Positions 1-11,100 of a stretch of 56,127 nucleotides of DNA are shown piece by piece. Under the pieces are notes generated by a model. It did no database searches. It saw only the letters and a list, made by a program, of their open reading frames with translations, and was not told the DNA's origin. The translations under genes were made by a program, and so were the position numbers. Within the stretch, counting starts at the first letter, position 1. Every line of letters starts with the position of its first letter. The DNA lies in contig CAYJMY010000002.1 in the NCBI GenBank assembly GCA_964371125.1, positions 1-56,127 of the forward strand, in the 5' to 3' direction. The DNA comes from an uncultured Mesorhizobium sp. (GTDB lineage Bacteria; Pseudomonadota; Alphaproteobacteria; Rhizobiales; Rhizobiaceae).

Positions 1-198
1 GCGCGAGACCGCGGAGATGGCGCAGACATACTCCATGCAGCTGAGTTCCTGCCGGTAGCCCCGGCCCGGCGCCGCAAAGGCGGAGGCCCGGAACCTCGGG
101 GACGACCGTTCACCAGGATGTGACGCTGCGGCAGATGCGACGCCGTGTTATGGCTTGGGGCACGCGCCGACGTGGCGCCGACCCTGGAGACCGACCGA

Positions 199-372
199 AT
201 GCGCCGTCTGATCCTCGCCGCAGCCATGCTCGCCACGGTGTCGGGCGCGACGCTGACCGCGACCGCCGCCTCCGCCGAGGAGACCTGCACCGGCGAGAAC
301 TGCCCGCCGCCGCAGAGTCAGGGCGGCGGCGGCCGCGACTGCGAGAGCAAGAAGGAACAGACCGTCTCCTGA
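199..372 (+). CDS. small secreted hypothetical protein (57 aa, 3 Cys)
   Basis: ATG at 199 follows GGAGA (186-190). MRRLILAAAMLATVSGATLTATAASA is a typical Sec signal peptide ending A-S-A. Mature peptide is EETCTGENCPPPQSQGGGGRDCESKKEQTVS. Confidence 0.7.
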   Translation: MRRLILAAAMLATVSGATLTATAASAEETCTGENCPPPQSQGGGGRDCESKKEQTVS

Positions 373-444
373 CGGTCCAGTCACGGCGAACCGCGAGGCT
401 TTCGACCCGGCGCGCCGGGGGCGATGCCGGTGAAGGTCGGCGTC

Positions 445-2586
445 CTACTTGTGCGGCGCGTCGATCGGCTCGGGATCGTGCGGGGCCGCTCCGTCCGGCC
501 GGGCGAAGCTGATCACCGGTTCCATGCGCGCGAGAACGTCGTCGGAGAGCCAGCACAGGCTGCGGTGGCCCTTGCCGAGATCTTTCAGCGGCGGCAGCTC
601 GGTTTCGCACAGATTGCCCGGCACCAGCGACTTGTAGCGGCAGCGTGTCTGGAACGGGCAGCCCGGCGGCGGGTTCATCGCAGAGGGAATGTCGCCCTCC
701 AGCACGATGTGCTTCTTGACCACGCTGGTGTCGGCGATCGGGATAGCCGAGAGCAACGCCTCGGTATAGGGGTGGTAGGGCGGCGAGAAGATCTGGTCGG
801 TCGTGCCCTGCTCGACGATGTGGCCGAGATACATGACGACGACGCGGTCGGCGATGTAGCGCACCACCGACAGGTCGTGGCTGATGAACAGCATCGTCGT
901 CTTGTTCTGCCGCTGGATGTCCATCAGCAGTTCGGTGACGGCCGCCTGGACCGACACGTCGAGCGCCGACACCGGCTCGTCAGCGACGACCACCCTCGCG
1001 TTGCCGGCGAAGGCGCGGGCGACGCCGATGCGCTGCTTCTGTCCGCCTGAAAGCTGGCGCGGCATGCGGTCGGCGAAGGCGCGCGGCAGCTTGACCAAGT
1101 CGAGCAGCTCCAACATGCGGTTCTGCCGGTCGGCCGCCGTCTTGCCGACCTTGAACTTCTCCAGCGTGCGGATGATCTGCGCGCCGACGCTATGGCTGGG
1201 ATTGAGCGTGTCGAACGGGTTCTGGAAGACCATCTGAATCGACGAGATGGTGTCGACGGAACGCTGCTCGATGCCGATCGACTGGATGTCCTTGTTGCCG
1301 AGGGTAACGCTGCCGGAACTCGCGGTCTCGAGGCCGAGCAGGACCTTGGCCAGGGTCGACTTGCCGCAGCCGGATTCGCCGACGATCGCCACCGTCTCGG
1401 ATTCGCGCGCCTCGAAACTGATCGACTCGTTGGCCTTGACGACGCGACCCTCGCCGCCGCCGAACATGGCGTTGGCCGAGACGCGGTAATATTTCCTGAG
1501 ATCGTCGATCTTCAGTACCGGCGCGCCGGGCTTGACCGGCTCGTTCTTCTTCTTCGCGCCTTCCGGCAATGCCGCCCAGTCGATCTCGTTGAAGCGCACG
1601 CAGCGGCTGAAGTGGTTGTCGTGACCGTCGACCGCGATCATCGGGATCTCGTCGGCGTTACACAGGCCCTCGACGAAGTGCTGGCAGCGCGGACCGAAAT
1701 TGCAGCCCTTCGGCCGTTCGTGCGGCAGCGGCAGCTGGCCGGGAATGGCGACCAGCGGCCGCGAGTTCTTGTCCGCGCCCGGAAGCGGGATCGAGCGGAA
1801 CAGGCCCTGCGTGTAGGGATGGCGCATGCGGTCGAAGACGTCCTTGACCGAGCCGGTCTCCACCGCCTCGCCGGAATACATGACCGTGATGCGGTCGCAG
1901 GTCTCCAGGATCAGGCCGAGATTGTGCGACACGAAAATCATCGACGTGCCGAACTGCTTGCCCAGCCCCTTGACCAGTTCGACGATGCCGGCCTCGACGG
2001 TGACGTCGAGCGCCGTCGTCGGCTCGTCGAGCAGGAGAAGCGCCGGCTTCGACAGGAGCGCCATGGCGATGACGATGCGCTGCTGCTGGCCGCCCGAGAG
2101 CTGGTGCGGATAGGAACGCATCATGCGTTCGGGGTCGGGCAGGCGCACCGCCTTGACCATCTCCAGCGCGCGGCGCCAGGCCTCCTCCTTCGACACCTTG
2201 TCGTGGAGGATCGGCACTTCCGTCAGTTGCTGGCCGACCTTCATCGCCGGATTGAGGCTCGCCATCGGCTCCTGGTAGATCATGGCGATCTCGTTGCCGC
2301 GGATCGAGCGCAGCTCGGCCTCGGACAATTCGCCCATGTCCTTGCCCTTGAACCGGATCCGGCCACCGACAATCTTCCCGCGGTTGCCCATGTCGCGCAT
2401 GATGCCGAGCGACACCGTCGACTTGCCGCAGCCGGATTCGCCGACGATGCCCATCGCTTCGCCGGGCATCACAGTGCACGAGAAGTCCATCACCGCCGGG
2501 ATCTCGCCCCGCCTGGTGAAGAAGGAGATCGACAGGTTGTCGATCTCGAGGATCGGGTCGGCGGTGGTCCTGACGGCTTCGTTCAT
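445..2586 (-). CDS. peptide/nickel-family ABC transporter ATP-binding protein, fused DppD-DppF type (713 aa)
   Basis: Two ABC domains: GESGCGKST twice, LSGGQQQR/LSGGQKQR, LLDEPT/VADEPV, and HPYT plus a Cys-rich tail in each half. Start reassigned to MNEAVRT, just downstream of the permease stop and after GGAG. Confidence 0.93.
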   Translation of the reverse strand: MNEAVRTTADPILEIDNLSISFFTRRGEIPAVMDFSCTVMPGEAMGIVGESGCGKSTVSLGIMRDMGNRGKIVGGRIRFKGKDMGELSEAELRSIRGNEIAMIYQEPMASLNPAMKVGQQLTEVPILHDKVSKEEAWRRALEMVKAVRLPDPERMMRSYPHQLSGGQQQRIVIAMALLSKPALLLLDEPTTALDVTVEAGIVELVKGLGKQFGTSMIFVSHNLGLILETCDRITVMYSGEAVETGSVKDVFDRMRHPYTQGLFRSIPLPGADKNSRPLVAIPGQLPLPHERPKGCNFGPRCQHFVEGLCNADEIPMIAVDGHDNHFSRCVRFNEIDWAALPEGAKKKNEPVKPGAPVLKIDDLRKYYRVSANAMFGGGEGRVVKANESISFEARESETVAIVGESGCGKSTLAKVLLGLETASSGSVTLGNKDIQSIGIEQRSVDTISSIQMVFQNPFDTLNPSHSVGAQIIRTLEKFKVGKTAADRQNRMLELLDLVKLPRAFADRMPRQLSGGQKQRIGVARAFAGNARVVVADEPVSALDVSVQAAVTELLMDIQRQNKTTMLFISHDLSVVRYIADRVVVMYLGHIVEQGTTDQIFSPPYHPYTEALLSAIPIADTSVVKKHIVLEGDIPSAMNPPPGCPFQTRCRYKSLVPGNLCETELPPLKDLGKGHRSLCWLSDDVLARMEPVISFARPDGAAPHDPEPIDAPHK

Positions 2587-2600
2587 CGCGATCTCCGAAC

Positions 2601-3818
2601 TCAGTCTTTCAGCGACTGTTCTCGCAGCGAGTCGGCGAGCAGGTTGAGGCCGAGCACCAGCGACATCAGCGACAGCGCCGGCGTAACGCCCTGCCAGAAG
2701 TAGAGCCTGAGCTGCGCCACCTGGCTGCCGTCCTTGATCGAGGTGCCCCAGTCGGGGCTTTCCGAGCCCATGCCGAGGCCGAAGAAGCCGAGCGTGCCGA
2801 GCAGGATGGTGGTGTAGCCGATGCGTAGGCAGGCATCGACGATCAGCGGCCCGCGGGCATTGGGCAGCATCTCCCACAGCATGATGTACCAGGGCGTCTC
2901 GCCGCGCGTCTGCGCGGCGGCGATGTAGTCGCGCGTCTTGATGTCCATGGCGAGGCCGCGGACGATGCGGAACACGCCCGGCGAGGAAGCGAAGACGACG
3001 GCGACGAAGATGTTGAGCTCGTTCGGCTCGATGCCGAACACGTCGAACACCGGAAGCTGCATGAAGTTCGCCAGCGGCGCCAGCCCGACGTCGCGCAGCT
3101 TGGCGGCGAAGGTGCTGGTGCTCATCAGGTTGAACCAGCCCCAGGCGCCGAGCACGAGGGTCGCGGCGAGATAAGGCACCAGCTTCTCGTTGCGGCCGAC
3201 GAAGCGCGTGTAGAAGAGGGTGCCGAAGAAGGCGATCGGGAACAGGAACAGCACCCCGCCCATCACGTAGGGAATCCAGGTCTCCATGATCCCCGGCGTG
3301 ACCAGGAGGTAGAAGAGCAGGATCACAGGGAAGGCGAGCACGAGGTTGGCAAGGAACGACAGCACGCTGTCGATGCGGCCGCCGAAATAGCCGGCCGGGA
3401 GACCGAGCGTCGCGCCGACCAGCAGCGCGATCATGGTCGCCGCCGGCGCGATGGTGAGCACGATGCGCGCTCCGTGTATCGCCCGGCTGAACACGTCGCG
3501 GGCGAGGTGGTCGCCGCCGAGCAGGAAGACCATGCCGTTGTCGGGGTTGATCGCTCCCGGCAGCGCGTTCTTCATGATCGCCACCTGGACGCGCGGATCG
3601 AGCGGCGCGACGATGTCGGCGAAGATCGCGGCGAAGATCCAGAAGGCGCAGATGAGGACGCCGGCGGTCCCGACATAGGTCTCGAACAGCCGGCCGAACA
3701 GGCCGAGCTGCTTCTTGAAACGCCACACCAGGACGAGCATCACGGCGAGCGCGATCCACACCGGCCACAGGCGCCCGACGATGCCGGCAATGATCCCGAT
3801 CAGTCCTACCGTCTCCAT
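2601..3818 (-). CDS. ABC transporter permease (DppC/OppC-like, extended)
   Basis: Hydrophobic protein with LGGDHLARDVFSR, EAA-like DYIAAAQTRGE, LPNARGP and LGLNLLADSLRE motifs. Confidence 0.92.
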   Translation of the reverse strand: METVGLIGIIAGIVGRLWPVWIALAVMLVLVWRFKKQLGLFGRLFETYVGTAGVLICAFWIFAAIFADIVAPLDPRVQVAIMKNALPGAINPDNGMVFLLGGDHLARDVFSRAIHGARIVLTIAPAATMIALLVGATLGLPAGYFGGRIDSVLSFLANLVLAFPVILLFYLLVTPGIMETWIPYVMGGVLFLFPIAFFGTLFYTRFVGRNEKLVPYLAATLVLGAWGWFNLMSTSTFAAKLRDVGLAPLANFMQLPVFDVFGIEPNELNIFVAVVFASSPGVFRIVRGLAMDIKTRDYIAAAQTRGETPWYIMLWEMLPNARGPLIVDACLRIGYTTILLGTLGFFGLGMGSESPDWGTSIKDGSQVAQLRLYFWQGVTPALSLMSLVLGLNLLADSLREQSLKD

Positions 3819-3827
3819 CCCGGACTC

Positions 3828-4865
3828 CTATGCAACGCGGATGCGCGGGTTGAGGAAGGCGTAGCCGATGTCGGAAATGAGCTGGGTGAGCAGGACGAGC
3901 AGCACCGAGATCAGGCCGCAGGCCAGAACCATGTCGATGTCGTTGTTCGACGCCGCCTGCACGAGCAGCCAGCCGAAGCCCTTGTAGTTGAAGATCGATT
4001 CGACGACGACGACGCCGGTGAGCAGCCACGGGAACTGCAGCATGATCACGGTGAACGGCGCGATCAGCGCGTTGCGCAGCGCATGCTTGACGACGACGCC
4101 GCCGAAGGACAGGCCCTTCAGCCGGGCAGTGCGGATGTATTGCGCCGTCATCACCTCGGCCATCGAGGCGCGGGTCATGCGGGCGATGTAGCCGATGCCG
4201 TAGATCGCCATCGTCATCACCGGCAGGGTGAAGTTGTTGAAGGAGACGCCCTTGGTGATGGCGGTCGCGGCCGAGCCGTTGAGCCAGCCGAGCCAGGAGG
4301 CGAACACGGCGGTGAAGATGACGCCGGAGACGTATTCGGGCGTCGCCGTCGAGGCGATCGAGGCGACCGACAGCGACCGGTCGAGCCGCGATCCTTCGCG
4401 CATGCCGGCGAGCACGCCGATCAGCAGCGAGATCGGCACCATGACGATCATCACCCAGAACATCAGGATGCCGGTCGCCTTGAGCGCCTCGGGAAGCCGC
4501 TTGTTGACGGTGGTGCGGAAGGCGGTGGAACAGCCGAAATCGCCCTGGAGCACGCCGGACAGCTTCGGTTCGGTGGGTTCGTCGCAGTAGCGGAAGCGCG
4601 GCATGACCGCACCGGTGGCCGGGTCGCGCGCCGGTTCCTTCGGCCACACCCCGATCCAGCGCCCGAAGCGGGCCGCGTAGCTGTCGCGGTAACCGTTGCG
4701 CTGCAGCCAGTTCTCGAGGTCCTGGTCGCTGGCGCGCATTTCCGTCTGGAAAATCGCCAGTTTCCTCAGATTCGGCTCGAGATTGACGAACATGAAGACG
4801 ACGACGCTCAGGCAGAGCATCGTCAGCAACATGACGCCCAGCCGTCGCAGAATGAATGTAGCCAT
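3828..4865 (-). CDS. ABC transporter permease (DppB/OppB-like)
   Basis: MATFILRRL start; GDFGCS, YIRTARLKGL, KHALRNAL, VESIFNYKGFG and C-terminal AFLNPRIR motifs. Confidence 0.92.
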   Translation of the reverse strand: MATFILRRLGVMLLTMLCLSVVVFMFVNLEPNLRKLAIFQTEMRASDQDLENWLQRNGYRDSYAARFGRWIGVWPKEPARDPATGAVMPRFRYCDEPTEPKLSGVLQGDFGCSTAFRTTVNKRLPEALKATGILMFWVMIVMVPISLLIGVLAGMREGSRLDRSLSVASIASTATPEYVSGVIFTAVFASWLGWLNGSAATAITKGVSFNNFTLPVMTMAIYGIGYIARMTRASMAEVMTAQYIRTARLKGLSFGGVVVKHALRNALIAPFTVIMLQFPWLLTGVVVVESIFNYKGFGWLLVQAASNNDIDMVLACGLISVLLVLLTQLISDIGYAFLNPRIRVA

Positions 4866-4925
4866 GGCTGCCTGCCCTTCGCCGATGGCGGAACGGGTGG
4901 GTCTCAGTCCCCGCGCCGGAAACAA

Positions 4926-4952
4926 CGCCGGGAGGGTTTTGCCCTCCCGGCG
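4926..4952 (-). terminator. intergenic stem-loop after the substrate-binding protein gene (mRNA stabiliser or attenuator)
   Basis: Perfect 11-bp stem CGCCGGGAGGG/CCCTCCCGGCG with a 5-nt loop between the SBP and first permease genes. No strong U-tract follows. Confidence 0.55.
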
Positions 4953-4962
4953 GCGCGTTGGC

Positions 4963-6627
<1,665 letters not shown>

Positions 6628-6879
6628 TTAGCCGTTACCATCCCGCATCGCGGATGCGATGTCAAAGCTGTGCCGGATGCGGAACCCCGGCAGCAAATCT
6701 GCAATTTTGGGAGACGAACGGTTCGCGCGAATGCGACAATCTTGGCGCAAAAATGGTAACGCGCCACAGAATTGTCAGAATCCGAGACAGCCGCGAGACT
6801 GATGCAATCGCCGCGATCGCGCCAGCGCCACGAAAGGCTCGGTGTCGGACCAGCCGCAGCCGCGCGGCGGCAGCGGCGC

Positions 6880-7980
6880 CTAACCTTCGGATTCCGTGGA
6901 AGGCGGCAGCGGAAGCAGGACGATCTTGCCGACGTGGCTCTTCGACATGAACTCCTGCTGCGCCAGCACGATGTCCTTCAAGGATAGCACGTGTGACACC
7001 AGCGGCCTGATCTCGCCACGCTCGAGATAGGACACGAGATCGGGAAAGACCTGAGGATCCTGCGCCGTGCAGCCGTGGATGGTCAGATCCTTGAGATAGA
7101 GCTTTCGCAGATCGAACTGCACGATCGGACCGGCGATGGCGCCCGACACGCAGCACCGCCCCCTGACCTTCAGGACTTCGAGCAGTTCCCCCCATCGCGG
7201 TCCGCCGACGACATCGATGACGACGTCGATGCTGCCGCTGCCGAGCGCGGCAGGGAGGCTGGCGTCACGGTCGACGCAGCGGTTCGCACCGGCCGCTGTC
7301 ATCGCATCCCATTTGGATTGCGCCGCGACAGCGATGACTTCCGCGCCGCGCCTGCGGGCGAGCTGCACGGCGGCGATGCCGACATTGCCGGACGCACCGG
7401 TGACCAGGACCCTCTCCCCAGCAGCGACCCTGGCGCGGGAAATCAGGTTCTCCGCCGTCGCGAAGGCGCAAGGAACGGCGGCGAGTTCGGCATCGGTCAG
7501 GTCGCATTCGATGCGATAGGTGTCGGCCGCGGGCGCAGTCACGAATTGCGCGAAAGCCCCGTCGCGCTCCGAGCCCAGCCACGGCGTGAAACCGGCCTCG
7601 CTCAACGACAGAAGGCAGCTCTGGACGATCACCCTCTCGCCGATCCGCTTGTCCGCCACACCCGCTCCCACCGCGACGATCTCGCCGCAGACATCGGCGC
7701 CCTGGATGCGCGGAAAGGCGAGTCCACCGCCCGTCCAGTCGCCGTCGTCCGGCTGGCCGGGCATCACTTCGCCGGCCTCCGCCGTTCCCGCCGTAGCCGC
7801 GACCGAGTACCAGCCGATCCGCGTGTTGATGTCGGTGTTGTTGACGCCCGCGGCGCGGATGCGGATGAGGACCTCGCCCGGTCCCGCGACCGGAACCGGT
7901 ACGGATTCGCTGTAGACGAGCCTGTCGTACCCCCCATGTCCGGTGAGCTGGACTGCCGCCATGCGTGTGGGGATTTTCAT
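6880..7980 (-). CDS. medium-chain dehydrogenase/reductase (alcohol dehydrogenase / quinone oxidoreductase-like), 366 aa
   Basis: GPGEVLIRIRAAGVNNTD, PRIQGADVCG, VLVTGASGNVG nucleotide-binding motif and C-terminal HVGKIVL. Start set at MKIPTRM. Confidence 0.88.
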   Translation of the reverse strand: MKIPTRMAAVQLTGHGGYDRLVYSESVPVPVAGPGEVLIRIRAAGVNNTDINTRIGWYSVAATAGTAEAGEVMPGQPDDGDWTGGGLAFPRIQGADVCGEIVAVGAGVADKRIGERVIVQSCLLSLSEAGFTPWLGSERDGAFAQFVTAPAADTYRIECDLTDAELAAVPCAFATAENLISRARVAAGERVLVTGASGNVGIAAVQLARRRGAEVIAVAAQSKWDAMTAAGANRCVDRDASLPAALGSGSIDVVIDVVGGPRWGELLEVLKVRGRCCVSGAIAGPIVQFDLRKLYLKDLTIHGCTAQDPQVFPDLVSYLERGEIRPLVSHVLSLKDIVLAQQEFMSKSHVGKIVLLPLPPSTESEG

Positions 7981-8151
7981 CAGGAGCGATCCATCTGCGC
8001 GCGAACCGGTGCCGCGTAGCGGCGAGGTTGCGGAAGTGTGACCCCGCCCGTGACTACAGGCAAGCCGCCAGTCGCCCGGTGTAGCCGGAAGCGGCCTCTT
8101 TGCCGCGACCTCGCCATGCACCGGACGCCGCCCGCGAGTTGCGGCCGCCGC

Positions 8152-11100
8152 TCAGTACTCCTTCTCGAAGAATATGCCGCCTTTCGCCTTGCCGTCCTCG
8201 CCCGCCTCGCCGCGCAGCTTGACGCCGCGGCCGACGTCCAGGTCGATGGTCGCCTTGCCCGACCCCGCCTTCTCGCCCTTTTCGATGGTCACATAGGTGC
8301 GGTCGTTCAGGTACTTGCCCGCAGAGACCGCGGCGTTGCCCTCGGCGTCGGTCTTCACGTCGAGATCGTCGACGCCGGTCTTGCTGCGCAGCGTCTCGAG
8401 CAGCGAGGTCGGGCCGCCGACACCGGCGATCTGCGCCGCCGCTTCGGCGAGCTGGGCGATCTGCAGCGGCGACAGGTTGGACATCGAGCGGCCGAACACC
8501 AGGCGGGCAAGCACCTCGTCCTCGGGCAGCGACGGAACAGAGGAGAACGAGAATTTCGGATCCGTCGCCGGACCGGTGACCAGGATCGACACGGTGGCGT
8601 CGGAGGCCGTCGTCTCCGCGGCGAGGTCGAGGTACGGCACCAGCGAGCCGGAGAAGCCGAGCGTGCCGCTGGTGAAGTCGAGCCGCCGCCCGAGCAGCGA
8701 CAGCCTGCCGCGGCGCATGGTGAACTGGCCGACCGCCTGCGGCGCGGCCGAGGAACCGGTAAGCCGCAGGGTGCCGCCGAGTTCGGCGTCGAGACCGCGG
8801 CCCTGGACGAAGATCTGCTGCGGCGCGTTGACGGTGACGTCGAGGTTGAGCCCTCCTCCGCCGCCGCCCGCCCCGGCCGGCGTCAATGCCTCCTGCTGGC
8901 TGGTCACGGCCTCGGGCGCGTTCTTGTGCTGGACGCCGAGGGTGGCGAGCGAACCGGGCAGCCGCTCCGGGATGGTGATCACGGTTCGCCCGAGGTTGAC
9001 GGTTCCCGCGAGCGCCGGCGCCGAGACGAGCGGTCCTTTGAGCGTCAGTTCGCCGCCGAGCGTTGCCGTGACGATGCGGCCGTCGGTGTAGCGGCCCTCG
9101 ATGATGCGTAGCGTCAGGTCCGCCGGGAAGCCGGAGCCGGCGTCGATGCCGACCGAACCGCTGGCGGAGATCGTGCCGCCGGTGGAGAGGTTCCCTTTCA
9201 GGCTGCGCATCGTCGCCTTGCCGCCGCCGATGCCGATGTCGGCGGCGAGGTCGGTGACGGCGATGCCCGAGCGCGAATCGACGAAGCGGGCGCCGGACGC
9301 GCGGATATTGCCCGAAACGGCCGGCGCCAGTGCCGGCCCGGCGACGGCGAGCGTGACGTCGGCGGCGCCGGTGAGCGCGAGCCCCTGAGCGGCCAGGCGC
9401 CGGGTGAGGAACGAGAACGGCACCTTGCCGGAGAAGGCGAGATCGAGCGAGGCCGGTCCGCCGAGGCGCACCTTGCCGCCGCCCTGCATGCCGAGCCCGC
9501 CGCCGTCGCCGACATTGGCGGTGAACTCGAGCAAATCGCCGGCATAGGTGCCGGTCGAGCGGATCGACATGGCGCCGAAGCCGGCGTCGCGGGTCTGCGC
9601 GGTCTGCGCGCCGCTCCAGTCGATCTGGTAGCCGACCGTCGGTTGTGCCGCCTTGCCGGTCACGCGGGCGGTGCCGCCGATGGTGCCCGCGGCGCCGAGG
9701 CCCGCGGCAAAGGCGTTGGCGGACGCGGCCGGAAGACCGGAGAAGCGGATGTCCAGCACGAGTTCCGAGCCGGCCGTACCGGAGACGACGACCGAGCCGC
9801 CGCCGACCGACAGCGCGAGATCGTCGAAGACCGCGCTGCCGTTCTCGACGACCACTACGCCGGGGCGCGCCAGGGATGCGGCGATCCCGCTCACCGTCGT
9901 CGAGGCGGAGGACAGCTCGACGGTGGTGCGTGGTCCTTCCACCTGCACGCGGCCGGCGGCGCGCGCCGGCATGCCGTTCACCGTGGCGCCGCCGTTGAAG
10001 CCGGTCCATTCGCCGGCGCGGGTCAGCTTCACGTCGATTTCGACGATGGAAGCGCCGCCGGCACTGACCGACGCGGCCTCGACGCGGCCGGAGACGACGG
10101 GATCGCCGAGATAGTCCGATACGGTGCCCTCGACGGCGAGGTCGCGCGCGGAAAGATCGCCGCGCTTGAATGAAGCGGTGTTCGCGCGAACCGCCAGTTC
10201 GGGAACGCCGTCCGTGCGCGAGAAGCGGATCGTGCCCTCGGCCTTGCCCTCGACGGTCTCGAAGGCGAGCGCGGCGAGCGGCCCGAGATCAGGAAGCGCG
10301 AAGTCGATCTTGCCTACCGGCACGAAGGCATCGTCGAGGACGAGCGAACCGGAGATGCGGTTGTCGCCGAGCGACAGAGCGAGGTCGTCCACCGCGCGCC
10401 GGCCGTCGGTCGTCTTCAGTTCCGCCGAACCGGAGATCGATTGCCCGGCAATGTCACCCTTCAGCGCCACCCGCGCCGCGGGGTTGGCCGGGTCGAACGC
10501 GCCGGAGGCGGTAAGCTCGAGGCCGGTGATGGCGCGGTTGACGGCTTCGATGCGATCGGCGGCTACGGTCAGCGTCACGTCGGGAGCGGATGCCCTGCCC
10601 TTCGCCTCGACGGCGAAGGTGATGGCACCGGTGGCACCCTCGGCGAGGCGGCCGACATCGGCGAGCGCGCCCTTCAGCGTCGCGGCCAGCGTTTCGCCGG
10701 CGAGGTCGACCGAGCCTTCGGCCGTCAGCGGGCCCGACTTCAAGGCGAGCGGCGAGACGGAAAGCGCGCCGGCGGCGTCGCGTGCCATCGTCGCCGTCAG
10801 CGCGACGCGCTCGCCGGCAATACGCTGCGCCGCGACCGGCAGGGCCGACGCGGCGACATCGGCCTCGACGGCAAGGCGCAGCGAACCGTCGCCGCGCGAC
10901 ATCTCGCCGGAAACGTCCGCCCGCAGTGCGGCGCCCGAAAGAGTGCCTTTGGCAATCGTGATCGCGTCTTCGCCAACCGTGGCGGTCGCGCTCGCGGTCA
11001 ATGGTCCGGCAAGGAGAGGCCTGAGAGCTTCCTCGGCGGCTTCGACCGACGCCGCCTTCATGCCGAGTTCGACCGGGCCGGTCAGCGTCGCCACGGCGAA

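Noticed and set aside
2-58. Possible 3' end of an upstream gene (RETAEMAQTYSMQLSSCR*)
   Set aside because: Too short to support a call without sequence left of the window.
2587-4647. 1400-aa ORF 445..4647 suggesting a giant ABC ATPase fusion
   Set aside because: The first ~687 aa are an Arg/Gly-rich off-frame reading of the two permease genes. The real ATPase starts at 2586.
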